Positions 1 through 10,721 of a stretch of 55,067 nucleotides of DNA are shown piece after piece. Position 1 is the stretch's first letter. Each line of letters begins with the position of its first letter. Source of the stretch: a virus (taxonomy: Duplodnaviria; Caudoviricetes); IMG/VR virus record IMGVR_UViG_3300027969_000130, positions 1 to 55,067 of that record; one strand, 5' to 3'. The notes under the pieces are model-generated. The model worked only from the letters and a program-made list of their open reading frames with translations, made no database searches and was not told where the DNA came from. The translations under genes were made by a program, and so were the position numbers.

Positions 1-144
1 CAATTTGCCGAACCTCGTTATTGAAAGGCCTGGCTTTTTTAGCTACTTCATTCAGCAGCTGAATAAATTCTTGATCGGTCATTAGTCCACCATTTGTACA
101 AATCGTTGAGCCCAACTACGCCAGTCAGGAAAGTCAAATGGATT
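1..144. repeat. Terminal direct repeat (left copy); contig circularisation overlap
   Basis: 1-144 matches 54924-55067 except position 18 (T) vs 54941 (C); the 75-aa ORF and the ACP gene run continuously across the join. Confidence 0.95.
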
Positions 145-309
145 AGGAACGTTTTTCTGGCTTAGTCCTGAAATAACGCAGAACTGTAGCGCCCACTCCT
201 GCCATTTGTCTTCATTGTCCAGCCTTGAAAGTGCGCCATAGTTTGAAAGGTCGAGTACGACACAATCCGCCCAGTCGCGCAATCCTATTATAACAGGTTG
301 CGTGATCAC
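82..309 (-). CDS. Small Trp-rich hypothetical protein in tail operon (75 aa)
   Basis: Overlaps the stop of the upstream tail gene by 4 nt; its TAA overlaps the ACP ATG (TAATG) across the circular join; repeated W-x-x-W-A motifs. Confidence 0.75.
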   Translation of the reverse strand: MITQPVIIGLRDWADCVVLDLSNYGALSRLDNEDKWQEWALQFCVISGLSQKNVPNPFDFPDWRSWAQRFVQMVD

Positions 310-1952
310 GTGGAACCCTCTGCTAATCCGCCAAGTACATCTCCATCTGCCTCACCAATATGGGCAATGACCTGGCCCATCTGATAAGTGCCGTTGATTG
401 TGTTTGAAGTAAACTTAAAGCGCAGTTCGCGGCGAGCTTCTTTAAAAGACACAACTTGCTCGTAAGGAGTAGTTGGATTAGCAAAGATGACGCGCTCAGG
501 ACCAGGAACTTCAAGGGACTTGGCATTTGCCCGACCTGTCAACTGAACGGTCATGTTTTCAGACTGCACAAAGTCCGGCTCTATGGATTCAACCCTGATC
601 CATTTATTCTTAGATCCACCTTGAGGAGTCAACATGCTCATGTCAGCTGTCTCGAAGTAGGAAGGAACAGCTGTGATGAACTGGCCGTCAATCTCGTTCA
701 CGTCGTGCTCGTGCTGCCAGACCTTAAATCCCTCTTCAGGAACCACAATGCGCTGATCGTTGTCTTGAGTGACGCGAAGATCTCCGGCTTCTGTGATCCT
801 GTTATTTGGCACAAAAGTAGATGTTTGTAGGCCGCACAGAAGTGGCGCAGCGTACAAAGGAGACCACTCCCCAGCGGTCCGTCCACTATTAGGCAACTCG
901 GTGTCATACCAAGTGTTCTCACGAACGTTGTAGATGATGGCGTGGGTGCATTCGGTGGCTGTTCCGCGTGGATAGCACCACCAGATCTCGCCGTAACGAG
1001 GAACCTTGAAAGCCCAAACTCGTTGGGCAGCTTCCCTGTTTAGACCGTCATAGAAGTAGTTGATGTTCAGGTTGTTGGGGATCTCACGAACCACGCCGTT
1101 GAACATTAGCATGCGGTCTGTTCCCAACCAGAAGTACTGGCCGTCATACTCAATCACTGAGGCGGCAGACAAGATACTGGAATATGGGCTGATCGTGTCA
1201 AACTGGAAGACCTCCTGGCCTCCCACAAAAGATCCACGGATAACAGCATCAGCACTCCAAAAGATGCCTGATGGGGCGTTTCCTGGACCACCTCGAAGAG
1301 CAACTCCACGCACGATCTTTTGACCTGCTACTCGTGCACTTCCTGAACCCAAACCGGTCAAGTCAGTAGGAGCTCCCGCAACAGACCATCCGATGACACC
1401 GTCGTTGCCAAAGTACATCAGATAAGGATGCAAGGCAACCACGCCTCCGGTGACGCTTACGCCAGCAGGAAACGTTGTGACCTCTGTCAAGGCATCAGTC
1501 CCAGTCATGGAACCAATGAACAACTGGCCGCCATCCGTGTTGCAAAGACAATTGGCATTTGGAGCCACTTGGCCAACAATCATATTTGCAGCAGGAATAG
1601 ACTGGCTGTCATAGATGACGTCAAACTGCCAAAGATTATTGTCATCGACAACGTACGTAATTGGAGTCCTGTCTGTAATCAGGCTTGAGTTTCCGCTGGC
1701 GTCAAGAGTGAATCGCTGCACAAAACCGGCACTTCCTGAATGGAAGTAAGTCTGCCCATTTTGCGTAAAAGTCTTGACCCCACGGCTGACTTCAGTCAGG
1801 TATCTGTTGACAACGGTGTAGCCTCCAACCTTACGAGGAAGGCCCCTCTGCCAACGGACCCATTGTCCATCAACATAGTAGTCGCCCTCGTACCTGGTGC
1901 CATCACGCTTGATGCCAGGCAGCGACTTAAGGACGATTGGGGTTGTGGTCAT
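306..1952 (-). CDS. Tail tubular protein B / nozzle-like (P22 gp10-like) protein
   Basis: 548 aa, beta-rich propeller-like pattern (YGEIWWCYP...IIYNVRENTWY); sits after adaptor and fibre genes and before internal proteins, as in podoviruses. Confidence 0.7.
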   Translation of the reverse strand: MTTTPIVLKSLPGIKRDGTRYEGDYYVDGQWVRWQRGLPRKVGGYTVVNRYLTEVSRGVKTFTQNGQTYFHSGSAGFVQRFTLDASGNSSLITDRTPITYVVDDNNLWQFDVIYDSQSIPAANMIVGQVAPNANCLCNTDGGQLFIGSMTGTDALTEVTTFPAGVSVTGGVVALHPYLMYFGNDGVIGWSVAGAPTDLTGLGSGSARVAGQKIVRGVALRGGPGNAPSGIFWSADAVIRGSFVGGQEVFQFDTISPYSSILSAASVIEYDGQYFWLGTDRMLMFNGVVREIPNNLNINYFYDGLNREAAQRVWAFKVPRYGEIWWCYPRGTATECTHAIIYNVRENTWYDTELPNSGRTAGEWSPLYAAPLLCGLQTSTFVPNNRITEAGDLRVTQDNDQRIVVPEEGFKVWQHEHDVNEIDGQFITAVPSYFETADMSMLTPQGGSKNKWIRVESIEPDFVQSENMTVQLTGRANAKSLEVPGPERVIFANPTTPYEQVVSFKEARRELRFKFTSNTINGTYQMGQVIAHIGEADGDVLGGLAEGST

Positions 1953-3142
1953 TAGTAAGTTCCACCTTGGATGGGATCAAGACCGATGGCCACTTGAGCA
2001 GCAGCTTGCGAGGCAGCCGTAAACAAGGCAATACCGGTTGCTGTTCCACCTAAATTGATCAATGCGTTTCCTGCAGTTGTGGCTCCAGTACCACCATCAG
2101 AGATGCTGATAGGAACTGCAACGCCGCCGGTATCGGCAGCAACTACGTTGGTTCCGTCAGAATACAAGATGGCTCGTGAGCCTTGGTTGACGGCGTAACC
2201 GGAAGCAATCGAAGTCTTTACGGTAAGGGTGTAAGGACCAGTTGTATTGTTAGCCACCCAGTATTGCTGGACAGTTTGAGGCACAATGATCGTACGGTTG
2301 CCGGTTAGAACGCCTGTGAAGTTGTAGGCAATCCTGTTTAGCTCGCTACCAGACAAGGTGTAGTTGCCTGTTCCTGCAACGCTGATTGATGTGTAGTCAA
2401 ACGCAAAGACAGGAGATTGTCCGTAGCCAAGGGTATAAAAATTGCTGCCGTCCGTAAAGATGATAGCAGAATCGCCTGGCTGAAAGCTTAGCGTAGATGA
2501 GCCATTGATTGTCTGAGATCCTGGAGGATCTACTAAGATGGCACCAGTACCTTCATTGCGAAGCTGAATGAACCAGTTGTTTCCAAGGGTTCCAGCAGCC
2601 GTCATGGTAAGGGTGCCGGCTCCTCCATTCCAGATAAATGTTTTTGCCCGATCGTCAATACCTGCCGAGTAATTGCTTCCAAAAAACGTAACTGGCATGG
2701 CCAAGGACAAAAGAGATCCAATTGCGACTAGCCCTGTTCCAGCTAAAGAGGCAGCATTTGCAGTAGACACTGCTGCACCAAACTGGAATGCAAGCCAAGT
2801 ACCACCAGCTGTTGTGTTGTCAGTCAGGTAAATTTGCCAAACTTGACCAGCTGCAGGAGCAGCAACTTGAGTGCCACTGTTGTTCCTGATGATAAAAGAA
2901 TTTGATCCAACGTTGTTGAACAGGATTGCTTGGCCTGTCGATGCTTCAAGGGCACTTGGCAGAGTCAAGCTCCAAGGACCTGAAGTAGCAGTGACATCCA
3001 TGATGCCCGCAATCAAGTTCGTTGATGGAGCTGTCTCAAGGGCCCAATCAAAAGTTGTGTTGGCCGTCAGCGAAACTTCTGCGTAGCTGATCTCTGCAGG
3101 AGAGATATTGCTTCCGCCAAAGATATTGGTGTATGTGGTCAT
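1952..3142 (-). CDS. Virion structural protein (tail fibre/collar-like)
   Basis: 396 aa, G/T/A/S-rich, three repeated 'TLTLP...NN' units and a 'ISDGGTGAT' fibre motif; tail operon context. Confidence 0.65.
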   Translation of the reverse strand: MTTYTNIFGGSNISPAEISYAEVSLTANTTFDWALETAPSTNLIAGIMDVTATSGPWSLTLPSALEASTGQAILFNNVGSNSFIIRNNSGTQVAAPAAGQVWQIYLTDNTTAGGTWLAFQFGAAVSTANAASLAGTGLVAIGSLLSLAMPVTFFGSNYSAGIDDRAKTFIWNGGAGTLTMTAAGTLGNNWFIQLRNEGTGAILVDPPGSQTINGSSTLSFQPGDSAIIFTDGSNFYTLGYGQSPVFAFDYTSISVAGTGNYTLSGSELNRIAYNFTGVLTGNRTIIVPQTVQQYWVANNTTGPYTLTVKTSIASGYAVNQGSRAILYSDGTNVVAADTGGVAVPISISDGGTGATTAGNALINLGGTATGIALFTAASQAAAQVAIGLDPIQGGTY

Positions 3143-3143
3143 G

Positions 3144-3797
3144 TTATGCCTCGTTTCTCACGGCGCCACGGTCTAGGATTTTGCTCATGTCTTCACCTTG
3201 CAGCGCTTGCGCAGCTGATTGGTACATGGCCTGCCAGACTGGGATTCGTTCGTCGTTTTTCAGGAAGGGAGTAGCTTCCAACAGGGTTGCATACAGCAGC
3301 AAGTTGGGCGCATATTGGGTCAGCCAGTTGGTCTGAGTGTTCTCATCTAGTAAGACAGGCAATTCGTAGTACAAGATCTCAATTGGATAAGCCGCATCAG
3401 GTGTTGGTGCAATGATCCAATTGGTGTAGTTGTAGTCGCCGTAGAACACAGGCTCATCAACTAAGGTATCATTGGGCCAGTAGCTTCTGATGTACTCATA
3501 GGCTCTAGTAAACAGCTGAACGCGCGTATTGTTACCAGTACCTGTTCCAATGTTCATGGAGATGGTGTCACGCCAGCGGTCTGGCTTAGGAAGCACTGCA
3601 ACTCCGGCTTGTAGGTTTGTCACTACGGCCACTTGGAAGCCTTGAATCTTAAGGTCGCGGCTGATGCGGCGCTCTGCAAAGTTGATCAGGCTTGGAATCT
3701 GGACATAGACCAATGGATCCGTGACAGCAGATGCCCCACGTTCTAAATAGCTGCGGACGTCGTTTTGAAGCGACGTAAAGGTCATTGCCTGTGGCAT
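3144..3797 (-). CDS. Head-tail adaptor / tail tubular protein A-like
   Basis: N-terminal MTFTSLQNDVRSYLER...INFAERRI, central APTPDAAYPIEILYY, C-terminal NWL...PNLLLYATLLEA pattern typical of podovirus adaptor proteins. Confidence 0.65.
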   Translation of the reverse strand: MPQAMTFTSLQNDVRSYLERGASAVTDPLVYVQIPSLINFAERRISRDLKIQGFQVAVVTNLQAGVAVLPKPDRWRDTISMNIGTGTGNNTRVQLFTRAYEYIRSYWPNDTLVDEPVFYGDYNYTNWIIAPTPDAAYPIEILYYELPVLLDENTQTNWLTQYAPNLLLYATLLEATPFLKNDERIPVWQAMYQSAAQALQGEDMSKILDRGAVRNEA

Positions 3798-4135
3798 TAC
3801 ACATTCCTCTCAAAGTGCGGGCAATCCACCAGGCTTTTAAAGTTTCCGCCCCAACGATTCTTGGGGTATAGGCTTTCCCAGTAGGCGCCCAATGGAGCAA
3901 GGATTGCCTTGTCCCAGATGATCTGTCCATCCTTGAAGAAGTTCAGGTCGATTGCGCAACGCTTCAGATGAATTGAGTTCATGGTCATGCTGCGACCAGT
4001 CTTGACATATATGGCCTGCTGTTCAGGAGTCCGCTGCAATTCACCGCCTGTCACCATGAAACCCTGTTCTGTAGCATACTGGATCAGCTTGCAAGCATCC
4101 AACAAGAATGCTGCTTGTTCTTGACTTAGGCTCAT
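3797..4135 (-). CDS. Endolysin, M15-family Zn peptidase (L-Ala-D-Glu peptidase-like)
   Basis: R-T-x-E-Q-Q, S-x-H-x(4)-A-I-D and WGGNF...D-x-P-H-F-E motifs; next to holin. Confidence 0.88.
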   Translation of the reverse strand: MSLSQEQAAFLLDACKLIQYATEQGFMVTGGELQRTPEQQAIYVKTGRSMTMNSIHLKRCAIDLNFFKDGQIIWDKAILAPLGAYWESLYPKNRWGGNFKSLVDCPHFERNV

Positions 4136-4650
4136 TCTTTGCCTCCCTTACGCATCTCCATGACCTTCTCAACGGTGCGCCCGCCAAAATAAGCCGTCAT
4201 CACTAACATGCCCCACTGACCCAGCAGGTTGACATAGGCTTCTTGAACCTGTATGCCTGCAGCGCTCAAGCCGGCAAAGATTAGGTAGGCCGTGAGGATA
4301 TAGAGCAGGGTACCAGGGCGGATGTTCTTAGACAACCAAGAATCGGAAGCCATGTCAGCTTGCCAACGTTTTGACACATTGTCTTCTTGATTGGCTTGGG
4401 CTGCCAACAAGACTTTCAATTCTTCTTGTTCAATTCTTGCTTTTTCTATGCCGAGTTCAAGCAAGCGCTCTTCATGGTCATACTGCAGCTGGCGAAGTTT
4501 GGCCACTTCGGCATCTGTAGGATTGTCGCTGATCTTCACGCCAAGCGCGTTCTCAACAACTTCTTTGCCTTTTGCTTGGATTGCAGATGACAAAAGGCCC
4601 AGACCATTTTGAGCCAGCGTACCTAATAGGGATGCAACTATTGGAATCAT
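4132..4650 (-). CDS. Holin-like protein (3TM, gene-transfer-agent holin family-like)
   Basis: RWQADMASDSWLSKNIRP followed by two hydrophobic helices and YFGGRTVEK; ATGA-coupled to endolysin. Confidence 0.75.
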   Translation of the reverse strand: MIPIVASLLGTLAQNGLGLLSSAIQAKGKEVVENALGVKISDNPTDAEVAKLRQLQYDHEERLLELGIEKARIEQEELKVLLAAQANQEDNVSKRWQADMASDSWLSKNIRPGTLLYILTAYLIFAGLSAAGIQVQEAYVNLLGQWGMLVMTAYFGGRTVEKVMEMRKGGKE

Positions 4651-4651
4651 G

Positions 4652-5005
4652 TCAATCCTTTCCGGTTAAAGTCTTGATGTGCTTAGACACAGGCACTTTT
4701 TCTTCTAAGATGGCAATGTGCATCCTGTTTTCTGCAATTTGGTCGCGGTTGCGTTGGATCTCTTTTTCAAGGTCTTGACGCAGTTTTTCACGGGCTAGTT
4801 CAGCCCCAGTATTTGAGGCTTGTTTGTTGTCCGAAGTGACAACAAGCGAAATTTTGCTGTTGAGGATGGTGACCTCATGCGCCAAGTTTGACAAGGCACT
4901 CATCAAGTAGACAACGCAGGAAAATAATAGAGGGAGAAGAGCAAAGGTAATCTTCTCGATCAACTGGCCCTTAGTCTCCATTGCATGAATCTTTTCTTCA
5001 CTCAT
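4652..5005 (-). CDS. Membrane-anchored coiled-coil protein (lysis/spanin-like?)
   Basis: N-terminal TM helix (FALLPLLFSCVVYLM) then coiled coil; lysis region. Confidence 0.5.
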   Translation of the reverse strand: MSEEKIHAMETKGQLIEKITFALLPLLFSCVVYLMSALSNLAHEVTILNSKISLVVTSDNKQASNTGAELAREKLRQDLEKEIQRNRDQIAENRMHIAILEEKVPVSKHIKTLTGKD

Positions 5006-5217
5006 CCCCTAACTCCTTGAAGCCAGTGAGTGATGTATCCGGTGACGGAAGAGACCGCAGACACGATCATCATGCCGGCCCAAAAGCCGCCACGTCCCTT
5101 GTTTGCAAGGGCTAAAAGTTCTTCCATTCCTGCTTCAAGTTTGTCGACCTTCTTGTCAAGGTCTTGAACTTTCTGCAGGAGTGAACCGTACTCCACTAAA
5201 TCGATGTCTGCGCTCAT
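5002..5217 (-). CDS. Small coiled-coil plus C-terminal TM protein (holin/XhlA-like)
   Basis: Likely start MSADIDL at 5217; coiled coil then ANKGRGGFWAGMMIVSAVSS hydrophobic helix. Confidence 0.6.
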   Translation of the reverse strand: MSADIDLVEYGSLLQKVQDLDKKVDKLEAGMEELLALANKGRGGFWAGMMIVSAVSSVTGYITHWLQGVRG

Positions 5218-5227
5218 ATCCACTCTT

Positions 5228-5398
5228 TTAGTTAACTGCCTCGGCTGCAACCTTTTCAACGGGTGCGGCTTTAGGCGCTTGTTCTGCAGCTGCCTGCTGA
5301 ATTGCCTGAATCAGCTGGGCAACCTCAACAAATTTTTGGTTTCCCAAGTATTGCAAAATTGCGTTCACCAAGTCGGTTTTTAGTGTGACTTCGTCCAT
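5228..5398 (-). CDS. Small hypothetical protein (tail-fibre associated)
   Basis: GGAG RBS upstream of ATG at 5398; LQYLGNQKFVEVAQLI helix; follows tail-fibre genes. Confidence 0.6.
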   Translation of the reverse strand: MDEVTLKTDLVNAILQYLGNQKFVEVAQLIQAIQQAAAEQAPKAAPVEKVAAEAVN

Positions 5399-5415
5399 GT
5401 TTTTCTCCAAAAGTT

Positions 5416-5444
5416 GCCATCAAAATGGGGTGATGGCTTCCCCA
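5416..5444 (-). promoter_or_regulatory. Putative H-type RNA pseudoknot upstream of an RBS
   Basis: Minus strand UGGGG-AA-GCCAUCA-CCCCA-UUU-UGAUGGC gives two interleaved perfect stems (5 and 7 bp). Confidence 0.4.
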
Positions 5445-5449
5445 AAACA

Positions 5450-5797
5450 TTATGCCGCAGGAGTGATCCAAGGCAAAGGTGGTGTGGTAACTGGCGGATT
5501 GATTTGCTCGTCAATCTGTGACTGCACGGAAGCCTCCGTGTAATCTTTGTTTACACCGTCTGCCCAGCACCAACCCAAAACTTGAGCCTCGGTCAGTTGG
5601 TCATAAGGCGTAAACGAGCCTTCGGGCATTTTAAATATCGCTGTACCATAGTTTGAGGCGGTATAGGCAACAGCAGGCGTACCAGACGTTTCAGTACCAG
5701 TGCAGTTCCAGCTAGCAGTGACTACAACGTCAGTGTACGAACCTTCGGTGGGTTTGCACTGCATGGATAAAATTGCCCAAGTAATAGTTGCTGACAT
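5450..5797 (-). CDS. Tail-fibre assembly/accessory protein
   Basis: Directly after the chaperone-bearing fibre; FTPYDQLTEAQVLGW and C-terminal PPLPW motifs typical of this position; likely start MSATITW. Confidence 0.6.
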   Translation of the reverse strand: MSATITWAILSMQCKPTEGSYTDVVVTASWNCTGTETSGTPAVAYTASNYGTAIFKMPEGSFTPYDQLTEAQVLGWCWADGVNKDYTEASVQSQIDEQINPPVTTPPLPWITPAA

Positions 5798-5815
5798 GAT
5801 TTTTCCTTTCAATGA

Positions 5816-8227
5816 TTAGGGGTGTGATGCAACATACGCATCAAATTTGGCGTTGAGTTCTTGGATAGCCTTAGTGAGCAAGGCAGTTATCTGAGAATAT
5901 CCAACAGAGTCCGGAATATTTTCTCCGTCGTACTCAACAAACTCCGTCAAGCCAAGTGCATGAATTTCTTCGGCAATAAAACCAGCAAACACCTTGTCTT
6001 TATCGCTACCGTTTATTGAATTAAAACTTACAGCGCGAAGATTCATAACATCTTGTAGGCCCCTGCCGTAATCCACTATATTTGTTTTATAGCGCAAAGA
6101 CGATGTTGACCTAAAAAATGCTCCAGTCGAGGCTTCCCAATAACAATTTGCCGAATTAGCCGCAGTTCTATAATTTGGGTTTAAAGCCAAACCGCCCATA
6201 AAAGTATCGGCAGTAGATGTTGGAGGGTAAGCCCCAGCCGCTTGCCCCACAAGAAAAGCGCCTCCAGATGTGAATCTACCGCGAGAATCAGCAGTTGAGC
6301 CACTTGGTCGGGTAAAGAACACCAAGTCACAGCCGTAGTCGCCCGTTCCTGCGACAACCTTGCTTGCCATGATTGACGCGCCCCAAGTTGCACCTGAACC
6401 TTGAGGAGTCATGAAACTGATTGCACCACCAGCACCAACCGCAGTGCCTTGATCCATTACAGCAAGTTGGCCTTGTGGAAGACCAGTAACGCCAGCGTAG
6501 GCGGACTTAGTTCCAGAAAACCATCCAGATTGATTGCCAGCCGTAGCATCGTTCACTGTACCTACGGCAAATATTGCATTATTAAAGGTTGTAGTACCAA
6601 TGCCAACCTTGCCAGCGAAGTAGTTGCTGTCGTTACTGCCTGCCTGATACAAGGCCCATTTGTTTGTAACCGTGCATCCAGTGTAATTTCCAGCCTCTAA
6701 ATATAAGCCAAAGACGCTTGTAACAGTTGTGCCAGACGTTAAATTGGGGCCAGCGTAAATGTTGTAAATACTTGTTGTGGGGGTGGTAGGGTACGTTGGG
6801 TTTAGCACAATACCAAACTGAGTTGCGCCAGCCGTAGTCGCGCCTGAAAACGACATATCCATAAGACGGTCGCCGCTTACTCCAGTTGAGCCAAATCCAA
6901 AAAGACCGCTTGAGTTAATTGCAAACCTGTTCACCCCACCAATTTGCGTAAGAGTGCCAGCACTTCCACCCATTGTGTAGAGGTAGCCGTTGGAGTTATA
7001 TGTAAAACCTACGGTTGGAAAATTACTAGATGTTGCTATTTCAATCTTTCCAGTAACTGCAAGGCCGGTGGTGGAAAAAGAACCTATTTTGGTTTGGTTA
7101 ACCCCTATTTCTACAGGTTGCGAGTTGACTGATGTAAGTACAGTTGCGTAAGCAGTTCCGTTAGTTAAAAGAGAACCTCCACTAGAACCTTCAAGTCCAA
7201 ATAAAAGAATACCGCTAGTATTCTGAATTTGCATGTACTGATAGCCAGTAGTCGCTGATGCACTACTAAAGATTTTTGCGTTGTTTCCTATCGTGCTAGT
7301 TATCAGCCCGCTCACACCCAGCGTTCCAGTTACTGCAAGACCAGCGGAGGTGGCGGTAGCAATGTTTCCTCCAACCACAAGATTTACAGCACTTGCTCCT
7401 GCAATATCAGCATGGTTTGGCTTTGTTGAGTGTGTACTTGGGTAAAGTAAAACGTAAGCGCCTCCCGTATTGTTTTGCAAACCACCATTACCCGATGTGG
7501 TTGCATTTGAATAAGTAATACGAGCAGACGTGCTTGACTGCGTTATGTCCCCTGTTAGACTAGCCGCCCCAGTGATTGCAAGCGTTGAACCATTAAAAGT
7601 AAGCGCAGAGCCAGTAGCCAATGCACTAGAACTAGATGCGTAAACCACACCGCCTGATGTAAATGATGTTAAGCCAGTGCCGCCGTTGGTTGTTGCTAAC
7701 GTACCAGCCAAAGTAACGGCTCCAGCGGTTGCGCTAGAAGGTGTAAAACCAGTCGTGCCAGCAGAGAAAGTTGTTACTGCAACACCAGACAACGTAGACC
7801 ACTGGGGGGCAGTTGCTCCTGAATTGACAGTCAAAATCTGTCCTGCAGTACCAATTGCTAGGGTGCTAAATGCGCTTGTGCCTGCGCCATAAGACAAAGA
7901 ACCCGTGGCAAGAGTTGTAAGACCCGTGCCGCCGTTTGGAACCGTCAGGGCTGTTCCTAGAGTTGCAGCTCCAGATAAAAACAGGTTACGAGGACGCGTG
8001 GCTCCAGAGGCTCCTATGTCGTAAGTTGCGTCCGGACTAAATAGCAAGTTAGTTGTCAAGGCGCTTGGGTTTGTGCCAACCTCAACAACCGTTCCGCCGC
8101 TGTCTTTTGTGTAGATGCGCTTGGTAGCCGTGTTGACGGCAATTTCAGCACCGCCGGCTGCGTTGGTCAGGTCACCAGGAGCTGGTGCTCCAGCCGTGTC
8201 CTTTTTCTTGATCAGGATCGTGGTCAT
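5816..8227 (-). CDS. Tail fibre / receptor-binding protein with C-terminal intramolecular chaperone (peptidase S74-like)
   Basis: 803 aa, NGGTG repeats, VGIGTT motif, autocleavage signature [15 protein letters not shown] and terminal coiled coil [11 protein letters not shown]. Confidence 0.88.
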   Translation of the reverse strand: MTTILIKKKDTAGAPAPGDLTNAAGGAEIAVNTATKRIYTKDSGGTVVEVGTNPSALTTNLLFSPDATYDIGASGATRPRNLFLSGAATLGTALTVPNGGTGLTTLATGSLSYGAGTSAFSTLAIGTAGQILTVNSGATAPQWSTLSGVAVTTFSAGTTGFTPSSATAGAVTLAGTLATTNGGTGLTSFTSGGVVYASSSSALATGSALTFNGSTLAITGAASLTGDITQSSTSARITYSNATTSGNGGLQNNTGGAYVLLYPSTHSTKPNHADIAGASAVNLVVGGNIATATSAGLAVTGTLGVSGLITSTIGNNAKIFSSASATTGYQYMQIQNTSGILLFGLEGSSGGSLLTNGTAYATVLTSVNSQPVEIGVNQTKIGSFSTTGLAVTGKIEIATSSNFPTVGFTYNSNGYLYTMGGSAGTLTQIGGVNRFAINSSGLFGFGSTGVSGDRLMDMSFSGATTAGATQFGIVLNPTYPTTPTTSIYNIYAGPNLTSGTTVTSVFGLYLEAGNYTGCTVTNKWALYQAGSNDSNYFAGKVGIGTTTFNNAIFAVGTVNDATAGNQSGWFSGTKSAYAGVTGLPQGQLAVMDQGTAVGAGGAISFMTPQGSGATWGASIMASKVVAGTGDYGCDLVFFTRPSGSTADSRGRFTSGGAFLVGQAAGAYPPTSTADTFMGGLALNPNYRTAANSANCYWEASTGAFFRSTSSLRYKTNIVDYGRGLQDVMNLRAVSFNSINGSDKDKVFAGFIAEEIHALGLTEFVEYDGENIPDSVGYSQITALLTKAIQELNAKFDAYVASHP

Positions 8228-10425
8228 GCGTAAGTTCCTCCAGGGATTGTGTCAGTCCAGGTGGGCGAACCGGTACCCCCTGAGATTAAAAATTGGCCAG
8301 ATGTTCCAGCTGCGCTGAAGCCATAAGCCGTTCCAGTACCGTAGGCCACTGCTCCAGATGTTGGAGTGGTTGTGGCATTTGTACCGCCGTTTGCAATTGG
8401 CAAGGTTCCTGTCACGCCAGTCGTCAAGGGCAAGCCAGTTGCGTTGGTCAAGACACCGCTTGATGGAGTTCCCAAAGCTGGCGTGACCAACGTCGGAGAT
8501 GTTGCAAACACTAAGGCTCCGCTGCCAGTCTCGTCGGTTACTGCAGCAGCTAAATTTGCGCTTGTTGGCGTGGCCAACCAAGTAGCAACTCCTGTACCCA
8601 AGCCGGTGATTGAGCCAACCGCTGGGGTGACCGTTGTGTTGCCAGCTAAGGTCAACTGGCCTTGGGCATTTACTGTAAACGTGCCAACCTGCGTTGCTGA
8701 GCCGTAGGCTCCTGCAGCGACTGCCGTATTGGTGATGCTAAACTGCGTTCCCGTAAGGGTCAGTCCAGTACCTGCTGTGTAAGAGCCTACGCCAGCAAAT
8801 TGAACCCAAGTGATGGGGGTTGTGCCTAAAGTGCCGCCTGCATTGGAAGTACAAACCCAACCGGTGTCGGCGTATACGGTTCCTTGCTCGATGAAGGTGA
8901 ACGCACCTGGAACTTCAGCCCATGTGTCCATATCAGTTGCACGAGTCCAAGCACCTGCCGCAACCAAATAAATTCCGTTGTTTTGACTCAATGTCTGATC
9001 TTTAACCAAACACCTGTCTCCAGCAATCAGTGCTACACCATCAATGGTTTGGGTTCCAGACAACGTAATGTTCGCCGTTGTTGCCGCCACACAAGATGCC
9101 TTGGGGTCTAACCCTTGAGCCACAGAATCCACATACTGCTTAGTGGCTAATTGCAGGGCCGACGTTGGATCTTGCGTCACAGCAACTGAAGTCAGGCCAC
9201 CTAAAGTAAGGCTTGCTGCGCCTAGGGCAATTGCTGTAGTGCCCACCGTGACCGAGCTATTCGTCAACGAGGCATTTGCAATATTGCTTAGCGTGTTGCT
9301 GCTGCCGCTGATGGTCTTGTTTGTTAGGGTTTGAGATCCAGTTAGCGTAGCAACAGTCGAATCAATCGCAATGGTCACTGCAGCAGAGCCGTTGTAGCTT
9401 GTGCCAGACAAGCCTGTTCCAATTGTCAAGGCATTAGTTGCCGTAGCCGTAATCGTTCCTGAAGCTCCTAAAGCAACATTGACACCGTTAAAAGTAACGG
9501 AATAATTATCTAAAGCTACGTTTGGAATATTGCTAAACGTGTTGGCCGCACCACTCATGGCCTTGCCAGTCAGGGTACCAGGAATGTCGGCGTTTACAAG
9601 CAAGCGAAAAGCCGTTGTAGCATTTGGTCCTGATGCTGGGCCAGCATATACATAATTTGCAGGTTGGGCAGCTACGACCAGAGCAGAGCCCCAAGTTGGA
9701 GCAGAAGCTCCACCTGAAACCAAAACTTGGCCGCTGGAACCCTGAACAGATTGCAAAAAACCGCTGCTGCCGTCGGTGTACCAAACTGCACCAGCAGTCA
9801 GGCTGTTGATCTGCTTTCCTGTACCACCATTTGTTAGCGGCAGCAAGCCGGTATATTCTGTCGAGTTGGCAAAATTAAGGGCTGGGTGAACGTGGTCACC
9901 TTGCGCTGCATTGTTTTGGGTGCCAACCGCGGCAGTCCCCAGGGCAGTTGGCGTAGTTGTCGAAAAGACCATCGATATGGTCCGATTGGCCTGCAAGTTA
10001 CCGCCCCCGGTCAAACCGGTTCCCGCAATGATCTGGCGGGTATCAGGAACATATCCAGAGATGACTAGGGCTGTCGTAGAGACACTCGTGACCAGGCCCT
10101 TAGCATCTACTGTGACTACTGGAATCAATGAGCCAGAACCATACGATCCTGCCGTGACGCCATTATCGGCAAGCTTGCTGTTGGTCACGCCGCCTGTGGC
10201 AATGCTCAAGGTGCGGTTTTGGGAAAGATCGCCGCCTCCTTGGAGTCCGCCGCCTGTGTTAATCTCGCGAGATGCTGGTACAGAGACCGTCGATTGCAGA
10301 TCCAAGAATGGAATCTGGTAGGTGACGCCCTGAATAACGCAGATCATTGTCGCCGACGAAGTCGGATACGGAGCGACAGGCAGCTGCGTTATCGAGGTAG
10401 GTACAAGGTTTGATGGTGCGCTCAT
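8224..10425 (-). CDS. Tail fibre protein
   Basis: 733 aa; [12 protein letters not shown] repeats, ATKQYVD...TIDGV...[13 protein letters not shown]...WTRATD phage fibre domain, AGTGLT motifs. Confidence 0.85.
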   Translation of the reverse strand: MSAPSNLVPTSITQLPVAPYPTSSATMICVIQGVTYQIPFLDLQSTVSVPASREINTGGGLQGGGDLSQNRTLSIATGGVTNSKLADNGVTAGSYGSGSLIPVVTVDAKGLVTSVSTTALVISGYVPDTRQIIAGTGLTGGGNLQANRTISMVFSTTTPTALGTAAVGTQNNAAQGDHVHPALNFANSTEYTGLLPLTNGGTGKQINSLTAGAVWYTDGSSGFLQSVQGSSGQVLVSGGASAPTWGSALVVAAQPANYVYAGPASGPNATTAFRLLVNADIPGTLTGKAMSGAANTFSNIPNVALDNYSVTFNGVNVALGASGTITATATNALTIGTGLSGTSYNGSAAVTIAIDSTVATLTGSQTLTNKTISGSSNTLSNIANASLTNSSVTVGTTAIALGAASLTLGGLTSVAVTQDPTSALQLATKQYVDSVAQGLDPKASCVAATTANITLSGTQTIDGVALIAGDRCLVKDQTLSQNNGIYLVAAGAWTRATDMDTWAEVPGAFTFIEQGTVYADTGWVCTSNAGGTLGTTPITWVQFAGVGSYTAGTGLTLTGTQFSITNTAVAAGAYGSATQVGTFTVNAQGQLTLAGNTTVTPAVGSITGLGTGVATWLATPTSANLAAAVTDETGSGALVFATSPTLVTPALGTPSSGVLTNATGLPLTTGVTGTLPIANGGTNATTTPTSGAVAYGTGTAYGFSAAGTSGQFLISGGTGSPTWTDTIPGGTYA

Positions 10426-10721
10426 GGTATCATGTACTCGTCATTTTGGCCAAGAATGAAGCTGTTGTCATCTTCAGTAACGATACCCGCTGGGCTGGTA
10501 CTGAGTGGCAAATCAGGCCTCACAAATGGCAAGGTGATAGTGTCAGGCTGACGAGGAGGCAAGCGGTAAGGATCTAGTTGATCTAAGTCTTCGCGGCATA
10601 CTCTCAGCCCGGGTGAGTTTGGATCGGAGAACAGCTCATCGAGGCTCATCTTGCGGCTGCAACGGGCACACAGGCCAATGCCTAATGTGCTGCGTCCGCG
10701 AGTATCAAGCCAGATGCTCAT
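10422..10721 (-). CDS. Small Cys-containing (Zn-binding?) head-completion protein
   Basis: CARC...GLRVC..D.D...P and RPD motifs; ATGA-coupled on both sides. Confidence 0.55.
   Translation of the reverse strand: MSIWLDTRGRSTLGIGLCARCSRKMSLDELFSDPNSPGLRVCREDLDQLDPYRLPPRQPDTITLPFVRPDLPLSTSPAGIVTEDDNSFILGQNDEYMIP

Noticed and set aside
5228-5452. Stop-codon read-through stimulated by the pseudoknot
   Set aside because: The downstream ORF is in frame, but a second in-frame TGA lies inside the pseudoknot, so read-through would not fuse the genes.
5816-10425. Diversity-generating retroelement or invertible fibre cassette
   Set aside because: No reverse transcriptase, invertase or TR/VR pair seen; the repeats are ordinary fibre motifs.
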